Assembly (NCBI GenBank): GCA_030550025.1
Contig: JAUQQC010000002.1
Span: forward strand, 326,058-390,057
DNA from: Acidobacteriota bacterium
GTDB lineage: Bacteria > Acidobacteriota > Blastocatellia > HR10
Direction: 5' to 3'
DNA length: 64,000 nucleotides
Shown here: in pieces, positions 31,983-42,591 of the stretch
Numbering within the stretch: position 1 is the stretch's first letter
How the letters are laid out: every line of letters begins with the position of its first letter
The notes under the pieces: model-generated
Databases searched by the model: none
Seen by the model: only the letters and a program-made list of their open reading frames with translations
Told to the model about the DNA's origin: nothing
Made by a program: the position numbers and the translations under genes

Positions 31983-34082
31983 TTACGGCGTCGCCGATGG
32001 TACGGGCGGCAGAAGTCGCTCCAACTCGTCGGCGCGCGTCACCGGGTGATGGCACGTGAAGTTCTGACAGACATAGGCCGTGCACGGGGCCGGACGCCCG
32101 TCGGGTTCACGAAGGGGTTCGCGATCGCGCAAGAGTGGAATGAGGCGTGGGGCCTCTTCGTCCCCGATGCGGCGGAAGGCGATGACCGCATGAGGCAGAT
32201 AGCGCTCGGAGAGAACGCGTCGCATGGCGCGCGTCGTCGGCGCTTCCGGATCTCCCACGAGCGCGATCTCCTGCGCGGGGGCGAGCGCCAAATCCAATGC
32301 GCAGAGCAAGCGCCCGAAGCCGTAGGGGTGACGCCGCATCGGATCAGCGAAGAGGCGAAGGATCGTCTGCGCGCGTTCCCAATATGTGGCATCACCGGTG
32401 AAGCGATAGAGTCGCAGGAACACCTCAGCGGCCACGGCATTCCCCGAGGGAATAGCATGATCGAAGGCCTCCTTCATGCGCACGAGCACGTCCGGGTGCT
32501 CCGCGCTCGTGTAGAAGAGGCCGCCGCGCTCACTGTCCCAGAAGCGTTCGAGCATCGCGTCCGTGAGCGCGAGCGCTTCCCGAAACCATCGGGGATCGAA
32601 ATCGGCTTCGTACAGAGCGAGTAGCCCATCGATCAGGCACGCGTAATCATCCTGGTAGGCCGGGACCTTCGCCACGCCCTCGGCGAACATGTGCCAGAGC
32701 GCGCCATCGCGCCGCAGCGTCGTGAGCAGAAACTCCGCGTTTCGGCGCGCGGCGTGATAATACTCGTCGCGCTCCAGGACGATGGCCGCGCGCGCAAGGC
32801 TCCGGAGCATGAGGCCGTTCCAGGCGGCGAGGATCTTCTCATCGCGCGCGGGCTTCGCGCGTTGCTCCCGATGCTCCCAGAGCACTTGCCGAGCGCGCCC
32901 AACGATCGCCTCTAGCTCCGAGACCGTGAGCCCTTCCAGACGCGCGATGACTTCGGGATCGCGCGGGACGCTCAAGACGTTCTTCCCCTCGAAGTTCCCC
33001 CATTCCGTGACGCCGAAATAGCGGCAGACGATCTCCCCTTCTCGCTCGCCGAGCACGGCGCGGATCTCCTCGGGCGTCCAGACGTAGAATTTCCCCTCCT
33101 CACCTTCGCTATCGGCATCCTGCGCGGCATAAAATCCGCCTTGCAGGTCGGTCATCTCGCGCAGGATGTAGTGGAGCGTCTCCTCGACGACGTCTCGATA
33201 AAGAGGATTCCGCGTCAGTTGATACGCGACCAGGTACGCATGCGCCAGGAGGGCGTTGTCGTAGAGCATCTTCTCGAAGTGTGGGATCAACCACTGCGCA
33301 TCCGTGGCGTATCGGTGAAACCCGCCCCCCAGCTGATCGTAAATCCCCCCTCGTGCCATGCGCGTGAGCGTCTGCTCGACCATCTTCAACGCGTAAGCGT
33401 CTCCCGTGCGGAGGTACATGCGGAGCAGAAATTCCAGGACCATCGGCGCGGGGAATTTCGGCGCGCGTCCGAACCCCCCATAGGTGGGGTCGAACTGTTC
33501 GATCAAGGCGCGATAAGCCGCCTCGAGTAGCTCGGGCGTCACGTCGCGATCTGCTGGCTTCCAGGTGTTGATCGCGCGCAGATGATCGAGCACCTGTTGC
33601 CCGACTTTTTCGATCTCTTGGCGGCGCGTGCGGTACGCTTCGGCGACAGCCCGAAGCACGCGGGGGAAGGCGGGCAACCCATGCCGATCCACGGGCGGAA
33701 AGTACGTTCCCCCGTAGAACGGAATGCCCTCGGGCGTCAGAAAGACCGTCAGCGGCCATCCCCCATGTCCCGTCATCGCTTGCACGACGCTCATGTAGAG
33801 GGCATCCAAATCGGGTCGCTCCTCACGATCCACCTTGATGTTGACGAAGTGTTCGTTCATCACGCGCGCGATCTCTTCATTCTCGAACGATTCGCGTTCC
33901 ATGACGTGGCACCAGTGGCAGGCCGAATATCCGATGCTGAGCAAGATCGGCTTGTCCTCTCGCCGCGCCCGTTCGAACGCCTCTTCGCCCCATGGGTACC
34001 AATCCACGGGATTATGGGCATGCTGGCGCAGATAGAGACTCGTCTCATGGATCAGTCGGTTCGTATATCGCTTCTCGTTCAT
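31983..34082 (-). CDS. YyaL/SSP411-family thioredoxin-domain protein
   Basis: [38 protein letters not shown]; ATGA-coupled to the upstream gene. Confidence 0.95.
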   Translation of the reverse strand: MNEKRYTNRLIHETSLYLRQHAHNPVDWYPWGEEAFERARREDKPILLSIGYSACHWCHVMERESFENEEIARVMNEHFVNIKVDREERPDLDALYMSVVQAMTGHGGWPLTVFLTPEGIPFYGGTYFPPVDRHGLPAFPRVLRAVAEAYRTRRQEIEKVGQQVLDHLRAINTWKPADRDVTPELLEAAYRALIEQFDPTYGGFGRAPKFPAPMVLEFLLRMYLRTGDAYALKMVEQTLTRMARGGIYDQLGGGFHRYATDAQWLIPHFEKMLYDNALLAHAYLVAYQLTRNPLYRDVVEETLHYILREMTDLQGGFYAAQDADSEGEEGKFYVWTPEEIRAVLGEREGEIVCRYFGVTEWGNFEGKNVLSVPRDPEVIARLEGLTVSELEAIVGRARQVLWEHREQRAKPARDEKILAAWNGLMLRSLARAAIVLERDEYYHAARRNAEFLLTTLRRDGALWHMFAEGVAKVPAYQDDYACLIDGLLALYEADFDPRWFREALALTDAMLERFWDSERGGLFYTSAEHPDVLVRMKEAFDHAIPSGNAVAAEVFLRLYRFTGDATYWERAQTILRLFADPMRRHPYGFGRLLCALDLALAPAQEIALVGDPEAPTTRAMRRVLSERYLPHAVIAFRRIGDEEAPRLIPLLRDREPLREPDGRPAPCTAYVCQNFTCHHPVTRADELERLLPPVPSATP

Positions 34083-35173
34083 TGGCGATTCGCCTCCGTT
34101 GCCGCGCGCTCCCACTCCAAAAGGGCAGGCGCGATGATCTCTTCAAACGCCTCCTGAAGCGCGGGGAAGCGTCCGAGCCGAAAGAGGACGCGCGCGGCTC
34201 GTCGAAGTGCTCGCGGGATGTAAGGCGCATAGACGGGATTCCCCAGCACGGCCGTTTGATAGGCATAGGTCCCGGTCGCCTTCAAGAGCCGTTGCAGCGA
34301 CATGAGATCCATCTCCTGTCGAAAGAGCGCGTGCCGTTTGGCCAAGCGCCAACTCGCGTCCACGCGCGCCTTCTGCTCGAGGAAGAATTCGATCATCTCC
34401 TCGGCAAGAGCGTCCTCCAGCTCTACATACGGATCGCCGAGTAATGAAGCGAGATCATAGCTGGGTGGCCCCAAGCGCGCATCCTGGTGGTCAATGATGT
34501 AGAGTCGGCCTCGATGGAGCATCAGGTTCCGCGAATGGAAATCCCGATGCGTCAACACGCGCGGGATCGCCGCCAGCTCCGTGGCGATCTCCAGGAATTC
34601 CGCGTGGAGACGTTCCACCCGTTCGAGATCGAGCGAGAGGCCGAGGTGCTTCTCGAAAAAGTTCGTGAAGAAGAAGCGCAGCTCCCAATCCAACTTCTCC
34701 ACGTCGAAGGCCAGGCGTGCTGCCACCGATCCGCACTCCTCGGCCAAGCGCGTGGCCTCCTGAATCCGAAGGATCAGCCTGACGGCTTCTCGATAGATGG
34801 CACGTCGCTCTTGGGGGCGAGCTGCGGGGAGCCAGTCCTGAAGTCGGATGTCGCCGAGGTCCTCCAGGAGCATCATCGCTCGCTCGCCATCGGCGTCGAA
34901 GAGTTTCGGTACGGGCAACCCGGCCTTGAGGAAGAGCGCCGTCACGTCGCAATAGGGGTGCGTGGCTGGATCGAACGGTTCAGGATAGCGCGCGACGACA
35001 TAATGGCTCCCGTCCGGGAAGTAGACGCGGAAATACTGCCGCACGGAGGCATCGCCCGCCAACCGCTCCACTCGAACGCCGTGGGGGGCGAGACCGAAGA
35101 CGCATGCGGCATAAGCGCGCACGGTGTCCTCGATGCCGTGTGCGTGCTCTTTTCGCTCGCCTTGATCGGACAT
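34079..35173 (-). CDS. AmgK-like anomeric MurNAc/GlcNAc kinase (APH family)
   Basis: [38 protein letters not shown]. Confidence 0.82.
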   Translation of the reverse strand: MSDQGERKEHAHGIEDTVRAYAACVFGLAPHGVRVERLAGDASVRQYFRVYFPDGSHYVVARYPEPFDPATHPYCDVTALFLKAGLPVPKLFDADGERAMMLLEDLGDIRLQDWLPAARPQERRAIYREAVRLILRIQEATRLAEECGSVAARLAFDVEKLDWELRFFFTNFFEKHLGLSLDLERVERLHAEFLEIATELAAIPRVLTHRDFHSRNLMLHRGRLYIIDHQDARLGPPSYDLASLLGDPYVELEDALAEEMIEFFLEQKARVDASWRLAKRHALFRQEMDLMSLQRLLKATGTYAYQTAVLGNPVYAPYIPRALRRAARVLFRLGRFPALQEAFEEIIAPALLEWERAATEANRQ

Positions 35174-35185
35174 GTTCGCTCTGGC

Positions 35186-35270
35186 AGTATAGCCAATCGC
35201 TTCGCACCGCGCAAAGACTTCGGATTGGGGGGCTCGATCAGTTGCCGCTCTCCTCGATGGGGGGTAGGAT
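35186..35270. promoter_or_regulatory. Divergent sigma70 promoters (amgK-like operon / hutI)
   Basis: Minus: TTGCGC-N17-TATACT (35186-35214). Plus: TTGCCG-N17-TAGGAT (35242-35270). Confidence 0.55.
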
Positions 35271-35289
35271 ACTCGGCGGGGAGGGAAGG

Positions 35290-36567
35290 ATGGCCGATCG
35301 GGAGAGGACGCAGCCGTTGTTCCTGCATTCGGCAGCTCAGGTGGTGACGCTCGCTGGGCCGAACCGACCGCGCGTCGGTCGGGAGCTTGAGGAGCTGGGT
35401 CTCATCGAGAACGGCGCCGTGCTGATCGAAGGTGAGATCATCGCCGCCGTCGGGCCGACGGAAGCATTAGAGGCTGCGCTTCCCAGCGACGTGCAGCGAT
35501 GGGACGCGCACGGCATGGTCGTGCTGCCGGGCTTCGTGGATGCGCACACGCATCTGGTCTTCGCCGGCGATCGCGTCGAGGAGTTCGAATGGCGAATCCG
35601 GGGCCTGAGTTACGAGGAGATCGCCCACCGAGGAGGAGGGATTTGGACGACCGTACGGCGGACGCGGGCCGCTTCGGAAGACGCGCTGCTGGCGATCGCG
35701 CGCCGTCGCCTTCGTTGGTTCCTGGAGCACGGGACGACGACGATCGAGGTCAAAAGCGGATATGGCTTGAGCCGGGAGGAAGAGCTGAAAATCTTGCGCG
35801 TGATCCGACGGCTTCACCAAGAGGGTCCGCTCGAGATCGTCCCGACGCTTTTAGCCGCTCACGTCGTTCCCGAGGAATATGCCGCCGATCGTTCGGCCTA
35901 TGTGCGAATGATCGTGGAGGAGTTGTTGCCGGAGGTCGCAAGCGAAGGCCTGGCGGAGTATCACGATGTCTTTTGCGATGCGGGCGCGTTCACGGTCGAA
36001 GAGGCGCGAGTTTTGATGGAAACCGCGCGCGCGCATGGGTTGAAGCTGCGCCTGCATGCGGAGCAACTCACGCGCTCGGGCGCCGCGCGCTTGGCCGCCG
36101 AGTTTCGGGCCCGGACGGCAGACCACTTGGAGAAGATCACGGACGAGGACATCGCCGCTTTAGCGGAAGCCGGGGTGATGGCTGTGCTCCTCCCTGGAGC
36201 ATGCTTTCATCTCGGCCGAGGCGATTACCCTCCGGCGCGAAAACTCATCGAGGCGGGCGTCCCCGTCGTCCTCGCGACGGATTTCAATCCGGGAACCTCT
36301 CCCACGTCGAGCATGCCCATGATCCTCTCGCTCGCCTGCACGCAGATGGGGCTGACCCCGGCCGAAGCGATCACGGCAGCGACGATCAATGCCGCCTATA
36401 GCCTCGATCGCGGCCATCGCGTGGGATCGCTTGAAGTCGGTAAGCGAGCTGATCTCGTCCTCTTCGAGGCCTCGGATTATCGCCAGATCCCTTATTTCTT
36501 TGGTGTGAACTTGGTGCGCGCTGTCTTCGCCCGCGGTCGCTTGGTGTACGAACGAGAAACGACATAG
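35290..36567 (+). CDS. hutI: Imidazolonepropionase
   Basis: DAHTH, EVKSGYGL, HAEQ, ADHLE, TDFNPGTS. Confidence 0.96.
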   Translation: MADRERTQPLFLHSAAQVVTLAGPNRPRVGRELEELGLIENGAVLIEGEIIAAVGPTEALEAALPSDVQRWDAHGMVVLPGFVDAHTHLVFAGDRVEEFEWRIRGLSYEEIAHRGGGIWTTVRRTRAASEDALLAIARRRLRWFLEHGTTTIEVKSGYGLSREEELKILRVIRRLHQEGPLEIVPTLLAAHVVPEEYAADRSAYVRMIVEELLPEVASEGLAEYHDVFCDAGAFTVEEARVLMETARAHGLKLRLHAEQLTRSGAARLAAEFRARTADHLEKITDEDIAALAEAGVMAVLLPGACFHLGRGDYPPARKLIEAGVPVVLATDFNPGTSPTSSMPMILSLACTQMGLTPAEAITAATINAAYSLDRGHRVGSLEVGKRADLVLFEASDYRQIPYFFGVNLVRAVFARGRLVYERETT

Positions 36568-36591
36568 GTCCTCCGCAAGGGCCAGACGCAA

Positions 36592-36616
36592 GAGGGGCGA
36601 CTCCAGTTCGCCCCTC
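36592..36616. terminator. Hairpin between convergent hutI and FG-GAP genes
   Basis: GAGGGGCGA-N7-TCGCCCCTC, perfect 9-bp stem; no U tract. Confidence 0.55.
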
Positions 36617-36624
36617 CGTCCGAG

Positions 36625-38352
36625 CTATCGGCCTCGAATGGCAAAGATCACACCGGCCTTCGGGCGCCGAATCTCCGGTGGACCGTCTCCAAACGGAGAC
36701 GTCGCGACGATGTCCGCTTTCCCATCACCGTCCAGATCGGCCATGGCGAGGGAGAACCCCACCTGATCCCCAATAATGGCGCCGTAGATCGTTCGATCCG
36801 GATCGGGTGGCGTCTCCGAGAAATCCACCGTGCCGCGCGGGAAGCCAGCTCCACCGAGGATAATGTAGATCTCGCCGGCTCCATCCCGTCGGTTCCCTGG
36901 CCCATCGGCCGCTGGCGCCGACAGGATCAGGTCTTTCCGACCGTCTCCGTTCCAGTCCCCGACGGCGATGGCAAATCCCAAGGCATCTCCAGGTTCAGCG
37001 CCATAGAACTGCGTGTCAGGTGGGGCCTTCTGCAAATCCCGACTCCCCGTCAGAGAACTACCGCCAAAGAGGACATAGACTTCTCCTGCACCTATGCGCG
37101 TATCTCCCGGGCCAGAGCCTTGAGGGACACCGAGGATGAGATCGTCTATCCCATCCCCATTCACATCGCCCGCCGCGACGACGCTCCCCATAAGGTCAGC
37201 AGCGTTAATCCCGTTGATCGTGATGTTCGGGGCTTCAGGGCCAGACGTCTTTGAGGTATCGCGCCGGGATGCCGGTGAGCGGCTCCCGAAAAAGGCATAC
37301 ACTCGCCCTTGGCTGATGTCATTTCCGGCTGTATAAAAAGGTGCACCTCCAATGACGTCTCCGATCCCATCTCCGTTGATATCTCCCACAGCCACGGATT
37401 GCCCAAGGCCCTCGCCAACTCTATAGATTGAAGCGACTGTGGTCGTTCGCCCATAGATTACAATGTTCGCATCCGGCGAAGTCGGATTGCTTCCGATGTC
37501 CTTAAGAGGCGTCCAGCTACGAGAGCCAAAGAGGATATAGATGGCTCCTGCTGAAACTGGAAGACCAAGAGCCGGAGACGTGGTCCGGTTCCCATCCGGG
37601 CCTTTCACGCCCGGTGCGCCGATGATCAGGTCAGCGATCCCATCCCCATTCACGTCGCCCGTGGTGACGGCCGTACCGGCCTGATCCTGCACGTTCTTCC
37701 CCGCCGGCCCTCCCCATCCGATGATCGTGACATCAGCCGGGAGGGAGCGCAAGTCGCGCGTCGGGGTAGCCGCGATAGAGGAACCACCGAAGAGGACATA
37801 AACCTCACCCACATTTGGTCGGGTGTTATTCGGCCCATCCGCAAAAGGAGCGCCGATGACCACGTCGGCCACGCCATCACCGTTGACATCACCGGCAGCG
37901 AGGCTAAGACCCAACTGATCGTCCGCATCCGCCCCGTAGATGACGACATCCGGTTTTTCGGCGCTCAGGTCTCGAACAAGCGGCGGCCTCTGTCCCGGCC
38001 GTCCCAGGACGATGTAGACGGCCCCGCAATTGGATCGCGTTCCGTCTGGTCCGTCATTATATGGCACACCTATGATGAGATCGTTTATCCTATCGCCATT
38101 GACGTCGGCCGCGATAGCACTAATGTTGCCGGAGATTTGACCGGCAACCCCCACCGTGATGCCATCTCCAGGGGTTATCCCGATCAAAGTCCAATCAGGT
38201 CCTTGTTGAAGGTCTATGGCGGCGGGCACTGCGTCCTCGCGCGACGGGGAGGGCCGCGCTGAACGCACAAGCCACGATCCGAAGATCAGAAGAGCAAGCA
38301 ACGCAAATGCTATGACGTGAAGGGAGACGCGGCGAACGATTTGCCAAGGCAT
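36625..38352 (-). CDS. Membrane-anchored/secreted FG-GAP (integrin-alpha-like beta-propeller) protein
   Basis: AAGGAGG SD before ATG 38352; N-terminal hydrophobic helix; seven (G/A)DxN/DGDG..D(L/V/I) repeats with GAP and GxVY. Confidence 0.9.
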   Translation of the reverse strand: MPWQIVRRVSLHVIAFALLALLIFGSWLVRSARPSPSREDAVPAAIDLQQGPDWTLIGITPGDGITVGVAGQISGNISAIAADVNGDRINDLIIGVPYNDGPDGTRSNCGAVYIVLGRPGQRPPLVRDLSAEKPDVVIYGADADDQLGLSLAAGDVNGDGVADVVIGAPFADGPNNTRPNVGEVYVLFGGSSIAATPTRDLRSLPADVTIIGWGGPAGKNVQDQAGTAVTTGDVNGDGIADLIIGAPGVKGPDGNRTTSPALGLPVSAGAIYILFGSRSWTPLKDIGSNPTSPDANIVIYGRTTTVASIYRVGEGLGQSVAVGDINGDGIGDVIGGAPFYTAGNDISQGRVYAFFGSRSPASRRDTSKTSGPEAPNITINGINAADLMGSVVAAGDVNGDGIDDLILGVPQGSGPGDTRIGAGEVYVLFGGSSLTGSRDLQKAPPDTQFYGAEPGDALGFAIAVGDWNGDGRKDLILSAPAADGPGNRRDGAGEIYIILGGAGFPRGTVDFSETPPDPDRTIYGAIIGDQVGFSLAMADLDGDGKADIVATSPFGDGPPEIRRPKAGVIFAIRGR

Positions 38353-38491
38353 GTGAGACCCTCCTTGTACGATCATGAGATCCTTTCGCCTCTTGGCCAA
38401 TGGGTGAGGGAGCTATAGGGAGAGATGCGTTCGAAAGTTTTCCGGAAACGAGAACGCTTCATCTCTTCTCCCTCACACATAGCGAAGCTCA

Positions 38492-38520
38492 CTTATATCA
38501 GATGGACTGGGCATCGTCAA
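38492..38520 (-). promoter_or_regulatory. Putative promoter for the FG-GAP gene
   Basis: TTGACG-N17-TATAAG with TG extension. Confidence 0.45.
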
Positions 38521-38546
38521 GGCGTCTTTCAAAACAGGGGGGATCT

Positions 38547-39278
38547 TCAGCCTTTGATCCGTTGCACGCCCGGTGGGAGCTTTTGCTCGAAGAGGCTCTC
38601 GGGGAGGCTCACGTTGAGCCTCACGTCCTCGAGCTTGAGGAGCGTCTCATCGCGATTCGCTTCGACGATCTTCTGCACGGTGGGCAGCCAGAGCTGATGA
38701 TCCACCCAGAGGTCAACGCGACGATAGAGGCCGCGCCGATTTGGCTTCGGAGTGAGGACCAGATGCGAGAGGCGGCGGCCCTCGATCGTCTCCTGCCCGA
38801 CGAGGGCGATCTCGTAATCCTCGGCGGCTTGAGCGAGGCCGTTGAAGAGATAGGCGAGGAAGCCAGCAGCCGCGCGCAGCGAGTGGCGATCGATGACGCC
38901 TTCGATTGCCTGATTGATCCGGGGTTGATAGAGCAGGAAGCGGTCGCCTTTGACCGTGATGATCCGTTTCTCGGGGACATTGATTTCGATGCGGAGGGAG
39001 ACGTTTCGCTCGCTTTTCCGCTTCATGTAGAGGACGCCCTTTTCGGGCGGGTCTTTCAGACCGAGCTGTGCGTAGAACTTCTCCTGGCTGAGCGCAGCGC
39101 GCAGCGTTTGCATGCGTCGCACGGCCTGCGTCATCCGCTCCAGGATCGGCGTGACGGCCAGGCCCGAATCAGGCGCTCCGTGACCGCGCGGAGAAGGCGC
39201 GCTCAAAAGAGCGAGCACAGCACCTAAGCCCGAAACGAGGTTCGCCCATCGCCTCCATGTCGTCCGTTTCTTCCACAT
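38547..39278 (-). CDS. LolA-family outer-membrane lipoprotein carrier
   Basis: Signal peptide; LolA-like pattern (TLRAAL.Q, G.LY, LLYQPRINQ, VDLWVD, LNVSLPESLF..LPPGV). Confidence 0.78.
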   Translation of the reverse strand: MWKKRTTWRRWANLVSGLGAVLALLSAPSPRGHGAPDSGLAVTPILERMTQAVRRMQTLRAALSQEKFYAQLGLKDPPEKGVLYMKRKSERNVSLRIEINVPEKRIITVKGDRFLLYQPRINQAIEGVIDRHSLRAAAGFLAYLFNGLAQAAEDYEIALVGQETIEGRRLSHLVLTPKPNRRGLYRRVDLWVDHQLWLPTVQKIVEANRDETLLKLEDVRLNVSLPESLFEQKLPPGVQRIKG

Positions 39279-39292
39279 ATGGCACTCACCGC

Positions 39293-39322
39293 AAGATAGG
39301 CGAGGGAGGCGCTACTTGTCAA
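39293..39322 (-). promoter_or_regulatory. Sigma70 promoter for the lolA-like gene
   Basis: TTGACA-N18-TATCTT. Confidence 0.6.
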
Positions 39323-39575
39323 TGGCCGGCGCGGGAGGGATTTTCGCGTCGTTCTTTTGCTTCTCCGATGCGCTCGCCTGCAAGGGCGGTCGGGGCGGCG
39401 TCTCGCGCTGCTCCACTCCACGAGGCGAGATCGAACCAGCGCCCGAACGATTGAACCAGCTGTTCGGCGTCAGGAAGATGAAGGCGAGGATCAAGAGACA
39501 AAGCACATCGTATTGCCAGGTCCCGCGCTCATAGGACCAGAGTAGGACATTCTTGAGCGCCGCGAGCAGCTTCAT
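39312..39575 (-). CDS. Small single-TM hypothetical protein
   Basis: WSYERGTWQYDVLCLLILAFIFLTP; co-oriented with neighbours; upstream TTGTCG-N18-TACAAT at 39601-39630. Confidence 0.8.
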   Translation of the reverse strand: MKLLAALKNVLLWSYERGTWQYDVLCLLILAFIFLTPNSWFNRSGAGSISPRGVEQRETPPRPPLQASASEKQKNDAKIPPAPAIDK

Positions 39576-39636
39576 ACCCATCCCCGCGCACAAGGGATAA
39601 ATTGTACGATGAGGATGCGCCTGGCGACAAGGGGGG

Positions 39637-40323
<687 letters not shown>

Positions 40324-40336
40324 CGGTGTCCCTCCC

Positions 40337-41458
40337 TCACTCATACGCGAGCGCTCGAACGGGATCCTGGCGGGCGGCGCGCACGGCCGGATACAGGGCG
40401 CCCAGGGCACCGGCCAAAAGGCCCACAAGCGTCGCCACCAGGAACCATGGCCACTCGAACCGCACAATGAGCGAGGTATAGCGCATGATGCCCACTTTCG
40501 TGAGGAACGAGAGGACGTATCCGACGGCGACGCCCAGCGCGCTGATCGTCAGCGCCTCTTTCTCGATGGCGGCGATGATGAAGCGGCGTGAGGCGCCGAG
40601 CGATTTCAGGATGCCGATCTCGCGCGTGCGCTCGGTGATGGACGTGTACATGGCCAGCAGGATGACGAGCGCACTGACGGTGAGCGCCAGTCCGACGACG
40701 ACCCGCAGGAAGATATTGAGCGACGGGATGCCGCGATCGTAGTAACTCGGGATATCGCGCGTGAAGATGATCTGGTTTCCGGGCAGGACGGCTTCGATGC
40801 GCTCGGCGACGCGCTCCTGCTCATTCGGATCGAGGCATTTCACGAGGATGGAGGAGCATTTCCCTTCGGCGCCGAGCAACTGCTGCATCTTCGCGAGCCG
40901 CATCTTCACGCGCGCGCCGCTCTCGGGTTCGTAGATGCCGGCAACCGTGAACGTGTGATTGAGCAGCTCGATGCGCGCGCCGGGGGTGAGCTTTTTCGTC
41001 ATCGCGTAGTGGCGATCCACGATGATCTCCTCATCGCTTTGCAGGGGACGTCCCTGAACGATGCGGATGCCGCTGATCGCCGCGTAGGTCGTATACTCGT
41101 CGGTGGGGTGATCCACGATGCCTTCGATCATCTCAAAGCCGATGCCGCCGGCTCCGCTGCGAATATAGCGTCCAATGGGGGTGACGGCGCGCACGCCCTC
41201 GATTTGGCGCAGGCGTTTGGCGTAGGCGACGGGCAGCGCCATAGGCGTTGCCGTGATGCTCGCCCCCAGCGTGCCGGCGGACTGAAAGATGATCTCCGCG
41301 CCGACGTTCTTCTCCCGCTGTCCCGTCTCATAGAGGATCCCGCGCGCCAATCCGACGGTCACCAGGATCAACAGGACGCCCAAGGCGATCCCGAGCATGC
41401 TCGCGATCGTCCGCGTCGGGCGCGCCAGGAGATTGGCCAGGACGAAGCTATGCCGCAT
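40337..41458 (-). CDS. ABC transporter permease, MacB/FtsX/LolC type
   Basis: TM1, periplasmic domain, [29 protein letters not shown]. Confidence 0.93.
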   Translation of the reverse strand: MRHSFVLANLLARPTRTIASMLGIALGVLLILVTVGLARGILYETGQREKNVGAEIIFQSAGTLGASITATPMALPVAYAKRLRQIEGVRAVTPIGRYIRSGAGGIGFEMIEGIVDHPTDEYTTYAAISGIRIVQGRPLQSDEEIIVDRHYAMTKKLTPGARIELLNHTFTVAGIYEPESGARVKMRLAKMQQLLGAEGKCSSILVKCLDPNEQERVAERIEAVLPGNQIIFTRDIPSYYDRGIPSLNIFLRVVVGLALTVSALVILLAMYTSITERTREIGILKSLGASRRFIIAAIEKEALTISALGVAVGYVLSFLTKVGIMRYTSLIVRFEWPWFLVATLVGLLAGALGALYPAVRAARQDPVRALAYE

Positions 41459-42454
41459 TCAGTTCCCTTTTCGATCGAGGTTGATGACTCGGACGGCGTC
41501 CCCCCACTCAGCGGGTTTCTCCAGGCGGAAGAGCGCATCGGAGACCTCGCCATTAATGACTAGGCTTGTGCGGTCCAGGCCCAGGCGAACCGAGTATTGA
41601 TCGTATGGGCGCGCGATCCGAATCTCGAGAGGGATGAGATAGGAGGAGTTCGGAGCGGTGGCGAAGTCCTCGTAGCGGATCTCGCTGCGGATTTCGCCCG
41701 CTTCGCCGAAGACCTGTTGCCGCACAAGGAGTAGGCCGCGCGTGCGATCGAACCAGAATTTCTTCCGAATGCGCGCGCGATTGGGTCCGATCGGTTCCAG
41801 AAGCGAGATGATGTAGTAGCTGCGGATGATCAAGCGCGGCTTTTGTCCGGGCGCGCGCTCTTCCTCGATCTGCCGGAATTCTTCCAGCGCGGCGAGCCCG
41901 TTCGTATCGGCCGCATCCACCGGTTCCCACAGCAGCGCCTCGGTGATATGCTGTGGGCGAACGCGGCGCAGCGATCCGACCTCGCGCCACTGCGGATTGC
42001 GCTCGAGCGCTTCTTCGCGCTCGGTGTAATCTCGATCGTTCGAGCCCTCGACGAAGAGGCGGTGATCCTCGGGATAGACGAGGAGCTGGAAGCGATGACC
42101 GTCCGAGGCCAGCTCGGCGATGGTCGTCTTCACCAGCGGCGCTTGAATGAGCAGGCGCACGTTAGCCGGCCGCGCGAGGATCAGCCGTCCATCGGCCGTG
42201 CGATAGCGCCGACCCAATCCCGATTCGGGCGCTTCGGCCTGAAACTGAATGGCGATGCGGGCCGAGAGCGTGCGTACCCGTTGAAAGTCGTTCAGGCGCG
42301 CGAGCAGATCCTCCAAGGTCGCCGTGCTCAACGGAGCGACCAATTGCGGCACCTTGACCTCGCGCGAGACCAAACCACAGCCAAGGCTGACCGACAGGCC
42401 CCACACAATAAAGAGGATTACGCCGCCTTTCTTGATCCAGAGCCCCGCGTTCAC
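41459..42454 (-). CDS. Putative lipoprotein, LolB/DUF4292-like
   Basis: GTG start downstream of promoter; lipobox-like SLGC; beta-rich LolA/LolB-like pattern ending DALFRL. Fold is inferred. Confidence 0.6.
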   Translation of the reverse strand: MNAGLWIKKGGVILFIVWGLSVSLGCGLVSREVKVPQLVAPLSTATLEDLLARLNDFQRVRTLSARIAIQFQAEAPESGLGRRYRTADGRLILARPANVRLLIQAPLVKTTIAELASDGHRFQLLVYPEDHRLFVEGSNDRDYTEREEALERNPQWREVGSLRRVRPQHITEALLWEPVDAADTNGLAALEEFRQIEEERAPGQKPRLIIRSYYIISLLEPIGPNRARIRKKFWFDRTRGLLLVRQQVFGEAGEIRSEIRYEDFATAPNSSYLIPLEIRIARPYDQYSVRLGLDRTSLVINGEVSDALFRLEKPAEWGDAVRVINLDRKGN

Positions 42455-42471
42455 TGTCCGTCGAAATAGGC

Positions 42472-42501
42472 AGGCTACCAGATGGGGCGCGCCGCTGTCA
42501 A
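42472..42501 (-). promoter_or_regulatory. Sigma70 promoter for the lipoprotein-ABC operon
   Basis: TTGACA-N18-TAGCCT. Confidence 0.6.
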
Positions 42502-42591
42502 ACGCCGCTCTCCGCATACGCCGAGCGACTCGATGTGCGCCTCGAATCTGGTATAATGAGCAAGCGTGAGCACACTATGGGGGAGGCGAAC

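Noticed and set aside
35290-36567. Isolated hutI as a novel pathway
   Set aside because: Genes in this window are generally scattered; other hut genes may simply lie elsewhere.
38404-38476. SRP or 6S RNA
   Set aside because: Lacks the SRP CAGG..GGAA..AGCAG domain IV motif and is too short for 6S.
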